From NCBI GenBank assembly GCA_963741945.1, contig CAVUKA010000004.1:160001-224000 (forward strand): a stretch of 64,000 nucleotides of DNA, in the 5' to 3' direction. A model generated the notes under the pieces. That model was not told the origin of the DNA and did no database searches. It saw nothing but the letters and a program-made list of their open reading frames with translations. The first letter of the stretch is position 1; each line of letters starts with the position of its first letter. Source of the DNA: an uncultured Gemmatimonadales bacterium. Lineage in GTDB: Bacteria; Gemmatimonadota; Gemmatimonadetes; Longimicrobiales; RSA9. The translations under genes and the position numbers were made by a program. Shown here one piece after another: positions 20,812 to 30,907 of the stretch.

Positions 20812-21753
20812 ATGAACCCGCCCCGCGCCTCTCGCCCATCGGCTTCCGCGATCCGGATCGGGATCTCGGGATGGCGCTACGCCGGCTGGCGCGGAGATTT
20901 CTATCCGGATTCCCTCCCGCAGCGCGCGGAGATGGAGTACGCATGCAGCCGCTTCTCCACGATCGAGCTCAACGGGACCTTCTACTCGCTTCAGCGGTCG
21001 GCCTATTTCGACAGGTGGCGGGGTGCCACCGCCGATGACTTCGTCTTCGCGATCAAGGGAAGCCGGTTCATCACCCACATGCTCCAGCTGAACGAGCCGG
21101 AAGGCGCGCTCGCCAACTTCTTCGCCCAGGGCCTGCTCCGCCTCGGGCCGAAGCTCGGACCCGTGCTCTGGCAGTTCTCTCAGCGCTTTCGCTTCCGGGA
21201 GGAGAAGCTCCGCCCCTTTCTTGCCCTCCTCCCCCACGACCACGCCGCCGCCGCCCGCCTCGCCCGCAGCCACGACCATCGCGTCAGGGACCCCGCCACC
21301 GACCCGCTGGAAGAGGGGCTGGCCAGCACGCCGATCCGCCACGCGCTCGAAGTCCGACACGAGAGTTTTCTCACGCCTCCGTTCCTCGACCTCCTGCGCG
21401 AGTACCGGGCCGCCGCGGTCGTCTCCGACAACCCCGGCCTGTACCCCATCCTCGAACAGCCCACGACCGACTTCATGTACCTCCGCCTCCACGGCACCGA
21501 GGCCATGTACGCCGGCAGCTATTCGGACCATGACCTCGACCACTGGGCCCGCCGCATCCGCCGCTGGCACCGCCCCGGCACAGGACACGGACACGACCAA
21601 GCATGCGCTGCGAACGGGACCCGCGGTGTCTTCGTCTACTTCGACAACGACCAGAAGGCCCGCGCACCTTTCGACGCGCGACGCCTCATGGAACGCCTCG
21701 ACCTCCACTCCACCTTCCCCCTCCCCGGCTCCGAAGACCGCATGCCCTCCTGA
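20812..21753 (+). CDS. DUF72 (YecE-like) protein
   Basis: IGISGWRY, IELNGTFY, KGSRFITH, YLRLHG and YFDND motifs; AAAGGAG SD. Confidence 0.9.
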   Translation: MNPPRASRPSASAIRIGISGWRYAGWRGDFYPDSLPQRAEMEYACSRFSTIELNGTFYSLQRSAYFDRWRGATADDFVFAIKGSRFITHMLQLNEPEGALANFFAQGLLRLGPKLGPVLWQFSQRFRFREEKLRPFLALLPHDHAAAARLARSHDHRVRDPATDPLEEGLASTPIRHALEVRHESFLTPPFLDLLREYRAAAVVSDNPGLYPILEQPTTDFMYLRLHGTEAMYAGSYSDHDLDHWARRIRRWHRPGTGHGHDQACAANGTRGVFVYFDNDQKARAPFDARRLMERLDLHSTFPLPGSEDRMPS

Positions 21754-21854
21754 TCACTGACCCCAGCCGCGAACGGTTCCCGGTTCGCCGTTCACCGGCC
21801 CCGAAGCTCGATTCCGGGTTTCCCCTTCCCCGGCTTTTCCCCTACCTTTCCCCC

Positions 21855-22166
21855 ATGAACAACCCGCGAATCCAGAGCCTCCGGCACATGCTGGAGAAGC
21901 ACCCGTCCGACGCGCGCCTCCACTTCGGCCTCGCCCTCGAACACGAAAAGCTCGAGCAGTGGGAGGAGGCCGCGGTTCAGCTCCGCCGCTATCTGGAGCT
22001 GACCGAGGACGAGGGGAATGCGTGGGGCCGGCTCGGGGCCGCACTGCGGCGCCTCGGCAGGGACGAGGAAGCCAGGGAGGCCTACCGGACGGGGGCCGAG
22101 GCCGCCCGTCGCCATCATCACCCCTCCATGGCCGAGGAGTTCGACGAGATCCTGGATGAGTGGTAG
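21855..22166 (+). CDS. Small TPR protein
   Basis: RIQSLRHMLEKHPSDARLHFGLALE, TPR-like helices. Confidence 0.75.
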   Translation: MNNPRIQSLRHMLEKHPSDARLHFGLALEHEKLEQWEEAAVQLRRYLELTEDEGNAWGRLGAALRRLGRDEEAREAYRTGAEAARRHHHPSMAEEFDEILDEW

Positions 22167-22199
22167 GACTCGACCCGATAGGCGGGGAGGCGGGAGGCG

Positions 22200-22859
22200 A
22201 TGATCTCCGCCGCCCTTGTCCTATTCGCCTCAATGGGGCTCCAGCAGGGTACGATAGCCGCCGCCCCGGTGCCGACAGAGCCCGACACCGGCACCTATTA
22301 CCTGCTCCGCGGCGAGGTTGTGATCGCCCGGGAGCGGTACGCGCGTAGCGACACCCTGCTCGATGCCGAGCTGGTCTTCGCCGACCAGCCACGGCTGAAG
22401 GTGCGAGCGACGATCGGCCCCGACGCCAGCATCACCCGGATCGAGCTCCGCGTCTTTCCCCCGGACGCCGCCGACACGACGCTGATCCAGTCTTCAGCCG
22501 CAGTCCTGGACGGGCGCACCATCCGCCTCGAGCAGCCCATTGGCACGCCCGTTGGCGATCCCATCACGGTACCCGCCGGAACGCTGCCCTACCTGAACCC
22601 CAGCCCGTCGTTCATGGAGCAGATCGTCCGCAGGGCACGCACGCTCGGCGACGACAGCACCAGCGTAGACGTTTGGATCCCGGGTGTAGGGGGCGGGCGC
22701 GTGGTGCCGGTGGACGTGCTCCTCGCTCGGGATGGCCGCGCCACCCTCGCGTTCCCCGACGGTCGGATCGAGCTCGCCCTCACCGCCGATAGACGATTGA
22801 TCGGCGCCTCCATTCCCGGTGAGGACCTCCGCATTCACCGCGTGCGCGCTCCCGAGTAG
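22200..22859 (+). CDS. Hypothetical exported protein
   Basis: Signal-like N-terminus; GGAGG SD; coding-like codon usage. Confidence 0.55.
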   Translation: MISAALVLFASMGLQQGTIAAAPVPTEPDTGTYYLLRGEVVIARERYARSDTLLDAELVFADQPRLKVRATIGPDASITRIELRVFPPDAADTTLIQSSAAVLDGRTIRLEQPIGTPVGDPITVPAGTLPYLNPSPSFMEQIVRRARTLGDDSTSVDVWIPGVGGGRVVPVDVLLARDGRATLAFPDGRIELALTADRRLIGASIPGEDLRIHRVRAPE

Positions 22860-22865
22860 CGCCCT

Positions 22866-23468
22866 CTACTCCAGAAGGCTCCCCTGCCCACCCACCGGGG
22901 GAACCTCGTGGCATGACCGGCATCGCGCCTCGTACGACTCCAGTCCGCCTACCTGGATCGTCGGCCCCTCCGCTGGCGCCGGACGCCCGTCGATCAGACG
23001 CTGGTTCCGCGTCGCGAGATCTCCACAGCGCACGCAGATCGCGTTCAGCTTGTCCACCTTCTCCGCAATGGCCAGCAACGCCCCGATCGGGCCGAAGGGG
23101 CGGCCCCGGAAGTCCATGTCCGTCCCCGCTACGATCACCCGCACGCCCCGATTCGCCAGCGCGTTCACTACCCCCACCACCCCGTCATCCAGGAACTGCA
23201 CCTCGTCCACGACCACTACTTCCGTGTCCGCCCGCACCCGCGCCATCAGCTCCGCCGATGTCGAGATCGGCTCCGCTTCCACCCGCCCCCGATCGTGCGA
23301 GATCACTTCACGGATACCGTACCGATCATCCAGCTGAGACTTGAATACCTGCACCCGCTTCCGCGCCAGTGTCGCACGCCGGACACGCCGGATCACCTCC
23401 TCGGATTTCCCCGAGAACATGACCCCGCTGACGACTTCCACCCACCCCGCTCGCTTCGCTGCCTCCAT
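22866..23468 (-). CDS. tdk: Thymidine kinase
   Basis: GVMFSGKSEE P-loop, DEVQF, GTDMDFRG, CVRC and YEARCRSC zinc site. Confidence 0.95.
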   Translation of the reverse strand: MEAAKRAGWVEVVSGVMFSGKSEEVIRRVRRATLARKRVQVFKSQLDDRYGIREVISHDRGRVEAEPISTSAELMARVRADTEVVVVDEVQFLDDGVVGVVNALANRGVRVIVAGTDMDFRGRPFGPIGALLAIAEKVDKLNAICVRCGDLATRNQRLIDGRPAPAEGPTIQVGGLESYEARCRSCHEVPPVGGQGSLLE

Positions 23469-23605
23469 GGCCGCCAACCTACCCGCACCTCCCTCCCGTC
23501 GTCCACCCCCGGGCCCCTTGGGAACGCCCCCCGCCGGCCCTCTCCGTAGGGCAATCCCCCACAATCCACCTCCCCCATTTCATCCCTTTCCCCACTTACA
23601 CCCGC

Positions 23606-23643
23606 CTTAAAACAACATATCCTTATGCACAAATATTGAATAG
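23606..23643. promoter_or_regulatory. AT-rich promoter/operator patch between divergent tdk and Rrf2-nirK
   Basis: CTTAAAACAACATATCCTTATGCACAAATATTGAATAG stands out in GC-rich DNA just upstream of the Rrf2 gene; specific site not resolved. Confidence 0.45.
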
Positions 23644-23653
23644 CGAGCACCCC

Positions 23654-24124
23654 ATGCCCCTGTCTCAGACCGCTGAACACGCCCTGCGCGCCACCCTCTT
23701 CCTGGCCCGGCAGCCGGAAGGGAGCCGCGTTCCCGCCGAAGCCATCGCCGAGGCGTTGGACGCGCCGAGGAACTACCTCGCCAAGACACTGGGGATCCTG
23801 GCGAAGGCGGGGGTGATCGACGGGATGCGGGGGCCCACGGGTGGCTACCGGCTGCGCGTGGCCGCTTCGGAGTTGACGCTGGCGCGGGTGGTACTGGCGT
23901 TCGATGAGCCGTCGTCGTCCCGGATGTGTCTTGTGGGCGGGCGGCAGTGCGACAGCAGGACCCCGTGCGTGGCGCACGGGCGATGGACGTCGGTGCGGGC
24001 GGCCACGCGCGCACCGATGGAGCAGACGACGATTGCGGATCTTCTGGATTCCACGGCCGGTGCCGGGAGTCCGGAGCCGGGCCCTGCGGCCCCGAAACGT
24101 ATAGCGGAGGAGGAGGAGCGATGA
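23654..24124 (+). CDS. Rrf2 family transcriptional regulator with three Cys (probable Fe-S)
   Basis: [26 protein letters not shown]-x6-C-x5-C ([14 protein letters not shown]). Confidence 0.9.
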   Translation: MPLSQTAEHALRATLFLARQPEGSRVPAEAIAEALDAPRNYLAKTLGILAKAGVIDGMRGPTGGYRLRVAASELTLARVVLAFDEPSSSRMCLVGGRQCDSRTPCVAHGRWTSVRAATRAPMEQTTIADLLDSTAGAGSPEPGPAAPKRIAEEEER

Positions 24125-25245
24125 GTGAGATCGAGAGCTCGGGAAAGGTCCGGTGGATGGTCATGGGCGGGGTAGGCGCGCTCCTGGCGATCAGTGCAGT
24201 GGCGTTCAGCCTGGGTACGTCGGAGCAGGCCGCGCCCATGAGCGCGGCGGTGCCCGTGACGCCGCCCCTGCCTGCGATCAGGGGCGAGGAGCACGCGCAG
24301 CTGACGGAGCCGCCATTCGTTCCGGCGCCGATCACCCGGGATTACGCGACGAAGGTGATCGTGAACCTGGAAGTGATCGAGAAGCCGATGAAGCTGGCGG
24401 ACGGCGTCGAATACACCATGTGGACGTTCGGTGGTACCGTCCCCGGGCGCTTCATCCGGGTGCGGGAGGGTGACCTGGTCCAGTTCCATCTCCAGAACGC
24501 GCCGGACAACATGATGCCTCACAACATCGATCTGCATGCGGTGACGGGGCCGGGCGGGGGCGCGAAGGCGAGCATGACGATGCCCGGCAAGGAGACGTCG
24601 TTCGAGTTCCGCGCGCTGAAGCCCGGCCTGTACGTCTATCACTGCGCCACGGCGCCGGTCGGGATCCACATGGCCAACGGGATGTACGGCCTGATCCTGG
24701 TGGAGCCGAAGGAGGGGCTGCCGAAGGTGGACCGGGAATACTATGTGATGCAGGGCGAGTTCTACACGAAGGGGAAGTATGGCGAGAAGGGCCTGCAGTC
24801 CTTCGACATGGACAAGGCGCTCTCCGAGACCCCCGACTACGTGGTCTTCAACGGCGCCGTCGGCGCGCTTACGGGCGAGAATGCCCTCAAGGCCAGCACG
24901 GGTGAGACCGTCCGCCTCTTCGTCGGGGATGCGGGGCCCAACCTGGTGAGCTCGTTCCACGTCATCGGCGAGATTTTCGACAACGTATACCGCGAGGGCG
25001 GAATCACGCCGGACCACAACGTCCAGACCACGCTGATCCCCGCCGGCTCCGCCAGCATGGTCGAGTTCCGCGTGGAGGTCCCGGGCGACTACATCCTCGT
25101 GGACCACGCGATCTTCCGCGCCTTCAACAAGGGCGCCCTGGGGATCCTTTCCGTCTCCGGTGACAAGAACCTGGCGGTGTTCAGCGGACAGACAGCGGAG
25201 AAGGACTACGACCCGACTGCCACGGCCGCTGCCAACGAAGACTGA
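24121..25245 (+). CDS. nirK: Copper-containing nitrite reductase (AniA-like)
   Basis: [38 protein letters not shown] and LVDHAIFRA copper-ligand motifs; N-terminal TM/signal; ATGA overlap with Rrf2. Confidence 0.93.
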   Translation: MSEIESSGKVRWMVMGGVGALLAISAVAFSLGTSEQAAPMSAAVPVTPPLPAIRGEEHAQLTEPPFVPAPITRDYATKVIVNLEVIEKPMKLADGVEYTMWTFGGTVPGRFIRVREGDLVQFHLQNAPDNMMPHNIDLHAVTGPGGGAKASMTMPGKETSFEFRALKPGLYVYHCATAPVGIHMANGMYGLILVEPKEGLPKVDREYYVMQGEFYTKGKYGEKGLQSFDMDKALSETPDYVVFNGAVGALTGENALKASTGETVRLFVGDAGPNLVSSFHVIGEIFDNVYREGGITPDHNVQTTLIPAGSASMVEFRVEVPGDYILVDHAIFRAFNKGALGILSVSGDKNLAVFSGQTAEKDYDPTATAAANED

Positions 25246-25367
25246 TCCCTGGCGGCACCGATCCGCGGACCCATGCCCGATGCCATCCGGTCTCTCTCCG
25301 GCTGACCATTGACGCCGACGCCCCGCCTGGTGCACCATCTTCACCCCTGCCCCGCACCTGGAGCGCC

Positions 25368-26696
25368 GTGCAACTCGTCTGGCACAGGGATGACCTGCGG
25401 ATCCACGATCACCCGGGGCTCGCCGCCGCCGTATCGGAGGGGCCGACGGTCGGGCTGGTGATCCTGGACGCGGGGGCACAGGCGAGTAGCGTGCGCCCCC
25501 GCGATGCCTTCTTTCTTCAGTGCGTCTCGGCGCTCCGCGACCAGTACCGCGACCGCGGGAGCACGGTCCTCGTGCGTTCCGGGAAGGTGCAGGACGTGCT
25601 CCCGGCCGTGGTCCGGGAGCTCGGTGACGTGGAAGCCGTGCACATTCTCGCCGCCGTCGCCCCGTCCGACAGGCGGGATGAGGACGTGGCCGGCCGCACC
25701 CTCACGTCGGTCGGCGTTCCTCTCAGGCTGTACCCGGGCGCCTACGTGCACCCCCCCGGCGTGGTCCGCACCGCCGCGGACACGTTCTACACCGTCTTTG
25801 CGCCCTATTTCCGCCGCTGGCGCGCGGTCGGCGCGGCCACGCCTCTCACGCCACCGGGTCGGATCCCCACCCCCGGGAACCTCGAGCACGTGGAGCCCGG
25901 AGCCGTGCCTGCCCCGCGCACCGGCGTTCAGCTGCCAGCGGCCGGGGAGACGGCCGCCCTCCATGCCCTCGAAATGTTCGTTTCGGAACGCCTCGCCGAC
26001 TACCCGCGTCAGCGCGACCGCCTCGATGGGAGGGGCACCTCCCATCTCTCCCCCTGGCTCGCGGTCGGCGCTCTCTCTGCCCGCACGGCGGCCGCCCGGG
26101 CGGAAGACGGTCCGGAGCGTGGCCCGGCCGCCGAGAAGTGGCTTTCCGAGCTCGCCTGGCGGGACTTCCTCGCCGACCTGCTCTATCACCGCCCCCACCT
26201 TCTGGAATCGCCGTTCGATCCGCGTTGGCATGCCCTCGAATGGCCGGGCGGTGAGGAGCGTTTCGCCGCGTGGCGCGACGGCCGGACCGGCGTGGCGGCG
26301 GTGGACGCGGCCATGCGACAGCTGGCCCGCACCGGCTGGATCTCGAACCGTGCACGCATGGTCGCCGCCCAGTTCCTGGCGAAGAACCTGCGCGTGGACT
26401 GGCGCCGGGGTGCCGCACTGTTCGAGCGCCGCTTGGTCGACGCAGACACCGCTTCCAACACCGGCAACTGGCAGTGGGCCGCTGGACTGGGAATCGACAA
26501 CGCTCCCTATTTCCGCGTCATGAACCCGAATAGCCAGGCGCGAACGCACGATCCCGACGGCGAGTGGGTCCGCCGCTGGGCGCCCGATTCTGCTGGCGCT
26601 GACGCACGGCTGAAACCCATCGTGGACCTTGCCGCTTCCCGCGCCGCGTACATCGAAGCGGCCCGGACGGCGCACTCGAGCGGGCCCCCGGTGTAG
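25368..26696 (+). CDS. phr: Deoxyribodipyrimidine photolyase
   Basis: WHRDDLRIHDHP, TSHLSPWL, ELAWRDF, VDAAMRQL, NRARM and NTGNWQW motifs. Confidence 0.9.
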   Translation: MQLVWHRDDLRIHDHPGLAAAVSEGPTVGLVILDAGAQASSVRPRDAFFLQCVSALRDQYRDRGSTVLVRSGKVQDVLPAVVRELGDVEAVHILAAVAPSDRRDEDVAGRTLTSVGVPLRLYPGAYVHPPGVVRTAADTFYTVFAPYFRRWRAVGAATPLTPPGRIPTPGNLEHVEPGAVPAPRTGVQLPAAGETAALHALEMFVSERLADYPRQRDRLDGRGTSHLSPWLAVGALSARTAAARAEDGPERGPAAEKWLSELAWRDFLADLLYHRPHLLESPFDPRWHALEWPGGEERFAAWRDGRTGVAAVDAAMRQLARTGWISNRARMVAAQFLAKNLRVDWRRGAALFERRLVDADTASNTGNWQWAAGLGIDNAPYFRVMNPNSQARTHDPDGEWVRRWAPDSAGADARLKPIVDLAASRAAYIEAARTAHSSGPPV

Positions 26697-26748
26697 CATG
26701 GACTGTCCGAATTCCCGGCGCTCGCGCGTTCAACGGCTGGAGCCATCA

Positions 26749-27594
26749 ATGAGGACCACCAGGCTGTCTCTCGCATTCGTCGTCGTCTCGACCCTCGCCC
26801 TCCTCCCGGGCGCGGCTCGGGCTCAGGGCCAGTTCATCACCGGCCTGGTGATCGACGACACTTCCGAGGAGCCTCTCGACGGCGTCCACCTGGTGCTCCT
26901 GGACCGTGACGGCGTCCAGCGCTCCGAAACCCTCTCCGATTCCGCCGGCGCGTTCGCCCTCACTGCACCGGCGCCGGGGGATTGGACGCTCTCCGCGGAC
27001 ATCATTGGCCACGCACCGGTCCACTCCGAGCCTCTCGGCCTGGGACTCGGCGAACGGATCTCGGTCGAGGTCCGCATGGCCGTCGCCGCCGTCCCCCTCG
27101 AGCCGATCGTCGTCAAGGGGCGTGCGAACCTGAGCCCCGACATCCGGGAATTCTACGAGCGACGGAAGAAGGGCGAGCGCTCGGGCTTCGGACGCTATTT
27201 GACGGCCGCCGATATCGATGAACGCCGGCCCATGGAGGCTACGGACCTCTTCTACGCCATCCCTGGCGTGCGCGTCGTTTCCGGTGCGACCGGCGCCGGC
27301 CGCAGCCTGCGCATGACCGCCGGCTGCATCCCCGCCGTCTTCATCGACGGGATGCAGATCAACCGTTTTCGCGCCAACGAATCCATCGACGACTACCTCC
27401 CCGTGTTCTCCATCGAGGGGATCGAGGTCTACCGCGGCGCCGGCTACCAGGTGGGTCGCTTCGTCGACCCGAATGGGTGCGGGCTCGTGCTCATCTGGAC
27501 GAAGCGCGGCGAGATGGATCCGGGCGGACACTTCTCCTGGAAGAAGCTCGCCGTCGGCCTCGGCCTCGTGGCCGCCGTCTTCCTGATCCTCTGA
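26749..27594 (+). CDS. Carboxypeptidase-regulatory-like plus TonB plug-like domain protein with C-terminal TM, no barrel
   Basis: Signal peptide; ITGLVIDD...[14 protein letters not shown]...VFIDG...IEGIEVYRG...GLVLIWTK plug pattern; ends in a hydrophobic helix. Confidence 0.7.
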   Translation: MRTTRLSLAFVVVSTLALLPGAARAQGQFITGLVIDDTSEEPLDGVHLVLLDRDGVQRSETLSDSAGAFALTAPAPGDWTLSADIIGHAPVHSEPLGLGLGERISVEVRMAVAAVPLEPIVVKGRANLSPDIREFYERRKKGERSGFGRYLTAADIDERRPMEATDLFYAIPGVRVVSGATGAGRSLRMTAGCIPAVFIDGMQINRFRANESIDDYLPVFSIEGIEVYRGAGYQVGRFVDPNGCGLVLIWTKRGEMDPGGHFSWKKLAVGLGLVAAVFLIL

Positions 27595-27673
27595 CCCGCC
27601 ACGCCTTGGTCCCCGCCACCGTCGGCCCTACATTGTCGCCCCGTTCACGACGCAACCGCAGGGAGGCGAACCC

Positions 27674-27880
27674 ATGCCGGACCACGTGTACAAGAAGGTC
27701 GAGCTCACCGGATCCTCCTCCAATGGCATCGACGACGCTGTCCGCAGCGCGGTGGCCAAGGCCAGCGAGACCATCCACAACCTGCGCTGGTTCGAGGTGG
27801 ACGAGATCCGCGGGCACATCGAGAATGGACGGGTGGCTCACTGGCAGGTCACCGTGAAGATCGGGTTCACGGTGGACTGA
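27674..27880 (+). CDS. Dodecin (flavin-binding)
   Basis: [12 protein letters not shown]...LRWFEV...[16 protein letters not shown]. Confidence 0.95.
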   Translation: MPDHVYKKVELTGSSSNGIDDAVRSAVAKASETIHNLRWFEVDEIRGHIENGRVAHWQVTVKIGFTVD

Positions 27881-27941
27881 GTTCAGGCCGGGCGATCACC
27901 TACCCGGTCGGCGCCCCGGGTCGCGCGACCGATCGCCGGCC

Positions 27942-28856
27942 TCAGGGGGCGAGGCGCTCGAGCAGCTCCCGCATCGCCACATCGTTCGGGTCCGGCGACG
28001 GATCGTCATCCGCGATATCGCCCCTTCGCTGGGGCGTTTCGAGGATCAGCGGGATGCCCTTGCTCCGCGGGTCCGCCAGCAGCCACCGGAACGGCTCCTC
28101 GCCGATCTCCCCTTCCCCGATCAGCGCGTGGCGGTCCCGGTTCGTCCCCGGTCCGTACTGACTGTCGTTCAGGTGGAAGAAAGCCGGCGGCTTCCCCGTG
28201 GCCGTCTCGAACGCGTCCAGCGTCTCCCGCAACGCCGCCTCCGAGCTGGCGATGTCATGGCCCGCGCTGAACAGGTGGCACGTATCCAGCCCGTATCCCG
28301 TCCGCCCCCGGAGCGACGACGGCACGCCGTCGAGGATCGTCCCGATTTCCTCCGCCGTCCGGCCTATGGTGTTTCCGGCCCCCGCCGTGTTCTCCACCCA
28401 CACGCGGGTCTCGGAGTCCACGCTCTCCAGCGCCGCCGTGATCGCTTCACTCACCCACTCCAGCGCCTGCTCCACGTCTCCCTTTCCCGCGCTCCCCGGG
28501 TGGAAACACACGCCCCGGGCACCGATGGCGCTCGATCGCTCCAGCTCCTTGCGGAGCCCCGCGTGCGCCCGGCCCCGCTTCTCCGCGTCCAGGTTCGCCG
28601 TGTTCAGCACGTACGCCGCGTGCACCACCACGTTCCCGGCAGCGAGACCGGTCTCATCCAGAGCGGCGCGAAAGCGCTCCACCCGCTCTTCCCGGATGCC
28701 GGAACGGTCCCCGTAGAACCGCGGGATGGTCGTGAACAGCTGAAGGGCCTCGAAACCGGCCGCCTTCGCACGGCGGACTGCCATCTCGATGCCGCCATTG
28801 TCGATCGTGTGCGCCCCGAAGATGTAGTGACTCGCCATCCGCTTCTTCGCCTCCAT
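27942..28856 (-). CDS. nfo: Endonuclease IV (AP endonuclease)
   Basis: GAH, HAAYVLN, FHPGS, ENTAG, DTCHLF, HLNDS, DRHALIG and ILETP motifs; start may be 28838. Confidence 0.92.
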   Translation of the reverse strand: MEAKKRMASHYIFGAHTIDNGGIEMAVRRAKAAGFEALQLFTTIPRFYGDRSGIREERVERFRAALDETGLAAGNVVVHAAYVLNTANLDAEKRGRAHAGLRKELERSSAIGARGVCFHPGSAGKGDVEQALEWVSEAITAALESVDSETRVWVENTAGAGNTIGRTAEEIGTILDGVPSSLRGRTGYGLDTCHLFSAGHDIASSEAALRETLDAFETATGKPPAFFHLNDSQYGPGTNRDRHALIGEGEIGEEPFRWLLADPRSKGIPLILETPQRRGDIADDDPSPDPNDVAMRELLERLAP

Positions 28857-28903
28857 GGCCTCGAGCGCCTCCGCCCGCCACACCCCCGCGAGCGCGGCCG
28901 TTC

Positions 28904-30700
28904 CTAGTGGTCCTGCCTCACCGTCGTGATCCCCGGCAGGCCCGGGAGCACCAGCCCCGTGCCCACACCGTAGCCGCCCGGGAGGTCGATCGGAAGTCGC
29001 CCCGTTATGGGCGCCGCTCCCGACAGCGCCGCCGCCGCGGCCTCCTGGCTCGCCGCTTCCCTGTCCCACGCCAGCAGGTACGTCCCGGCGTGCGGGAGCT
29101 GGCGCAGCAGGTACGGGTCCCCGAACGAGACCACCACGGCGCCCGCGCCGGCAAGCTCGTCGGCCAGTGCTCCGACCGGATCCGGTAGTCCCAGTCCGCC
29201 CTTCCCCGGCACCGCACGGACGAAGCTGGTGAAAAGGACCACGTCCGCACCGCCCGACAGACGGCGCACCCTGGTCAGATCTCCCGCGTCGGAGGTTCGC
29301 GAGAGGCGCATCGTCAGCACACGGGCACCGCGGCCGGCGAGCGCCCGCTCCAGCTCCAGCCCGGTGTCCCTGCGCACGCGGTCGTCGTAGACAACGAGCA
29401 GGACGGCCCGGCCTTTCAGGGACAACGGCAGGGAGCCGGCCTCCCCACGCACCAGCGTCATCGAGCGCTCCGTCACATGCCGGCTCCACGCCTGGCGAGC
29501 TGCGCTCCCCTCGTCGGGCAGGAGCGCGTCCGGATCCACCAGTCGTCGCTCCCTGAGTCCCGCGGCCGCTTTCGCGCGCAGGACGCGCCGCACGGACTCA
29601 TCGAGCCTCTCCTCCGACAGCCGCCCCCTTCGCACCGCTCGTACCACCGCGTCGATGGCCCTGGCCTCGCCCCGCGGCATGAGCAGCAGGTCCGCCCCTG
29701 CCTGAATTGCTGCGACCGCCACTGCGCCCGTCGAGCCCTGGCGCGTCACCGCGTCCATGTACAGCGCATCCGTGACCACCAGTCCGCCGAACCCCAGTTC
29801 CCCACGCAGCACCCCGGTGATGATCGGCCGTGAGAGCGTGGCCGGCCTCAGCCCACCCGCCGGATCGAGCGCTGGCACCGCCAGGTGTGCCGTCATTACA
29901 CCGGCGACGCCCGCCGCGATCGCCGCACGGAACGGCGCAAGCTCCACACGGTCCAGCCGCGCTCGGTCCGCCCGCAGCACCGGAAGCGCGATGTGGGAGT
30001 CAAGCTCCGTGTCCCCGTGTCCCGGGAAGTGCTTCGCCACGGTCAGGAGCCCGGCCGCCCGCGCACCCTCGATGAACGCAGCCACGCGCTCCGACACCGC
30101 CGCCGGGTCGCTCCCGTACGAGCGCGTGTTGATTACCGGATTGTCGGGATTCACGTTCACGTCCGCCACCGGCGCGAACGCCACGTGCACGCCCGCAGCC
30201 CGGGCCTCCACTCCTGTGATGAACCCCGCCTCCCGCGCGTACGCGGCCGGCCCGGCCGCGGCCAGCGCCATGTTGATCGGAAGGACCGTCGCTCCCTTCA
30301 GTCTCGTCCCCGCCCCCCATTCCAGGTCCGCTGCGACCAGGAGTGGAATGCGAGACGCCTGCTGAAGCTCGTTCAGCCACGCGGCCGTCTCGGCCGCGGC
30401 CCCGTTCCCCACGATCATCGCCCCCACACCCTCTTCGCGGACCAGCCGCAGCGCCCGCTCCCTTTCCGCACTGCCTTCGGCAGGCCGGCCGCCTTCGAGC
30501 CACGCCACCACCACCTGTGCCGCCTTCTCTCGCAGCGTCAGCGCCGAGGCGATCGAATCGACCCACGCATCGTCTTCCGGCGACAGGGACTCCCCGATCA
30601 CGGTCCCCCGGTGGTACGCCGCCGGTATCGACCGCGACGGCGTACCGGCAAGCTGCGCGAATATCATGACCAGGGAGAACACAATTTCGGCCAGAATCAT
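28904..30700 (-). CDS. GH3 beta-N-acetylhexosaminidase (NagZ-like, with C-terminal domain)
   Basis: FAPVADV, RSYG, KHFPGHGDTELDSH and VTDAL motifs. Confidence 0.88.
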   Translation of the reverse strand: MILAEIVFSLVMIFAQLAGTPSRSIPAAYHRGTVIGESLSPEDDAWVDSIASALTLREKAAQVVVAWLEGGRPAEGSAERERALRLVREEGVGAMIVGNGAAAETAAWLNELQQASRIPLLVAADLEWGAGTRLKGATVLPINMALAAAGPAAYAREAGFITGVEARAAGVHVAFAPVADVNVNPDNPVINTRSYGSDPAAVSERVAAFIEGARAAGLLTVAKHFPGHGDTELDSHIALPVLRADRARLDRVELAPFRAAIAAGVAGVMTAHLAVPALDPAGGLRPATLSRPIITGVLRGELGFGGLVVTDALYMDAVTRQGSTGAVAVAAIQAGADLLLMPRGEARAIDAVVRAVRRGRLSEERLDESVRRVLRAKAAAGLRERRLVDPDALLPDEGSAARQAWSRHVTERSMTLVRGEAGSLPLSLKGRAVLLVVYDDRVRRDTGLELERALAGRGARVLTMRLSRTSDAGDLTRVRRLSGGADVVLFTSFVRAVPGKGGLGLPDPVGALADELAGAGAVVVSFGDPYLLRQLPHAGTYLLAWDREAASQEAAAAALSGAAPITGRLPIDLPGGYGVGTGLVLPGLPGITTVRQDH

Positions 30701-30815
30701 CGGCCCATTTCACTTCCGGGATGGATGGAGGCGACACGATCAGAGCCTGCCTCCGTCAATTGTTGCTAACGCATTGCCCGCCCGCAAGTTCCTGTTTCCG
30801 CCGACGCCCGGTCAG

Positions 30816-30864
30816 TCAATGATGATTGAATCCTCTTGACACTCCGCTCTCCATAGTCCACTTT
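30816..30864 (+). promoter_or_regulatory. Putative sigma70 promoter with upstream palindromic operator
   Basis: Perfect TTGACA at 30836-30841, 17 nt spacer, weak -10 CACTTT (30859-30864); inverted repeat TCAAT-gatg-ATTGA at 30816-30829. Confidence 0.5.
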
Positions 30865-30907
30865 TGCTCGCGACCTCCCAGACAGCCACTCATCGCCCGC
30901 TGGCCGG

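Noticed and set aside
23606-23643. NsrR or FNR binding site upstream of Rrf2-nirK
   Set aside because: No match to TTGAT-N4-ATCAA or the canonical NsrR palindrome; kept only as a generic AT-rich regulatory patch
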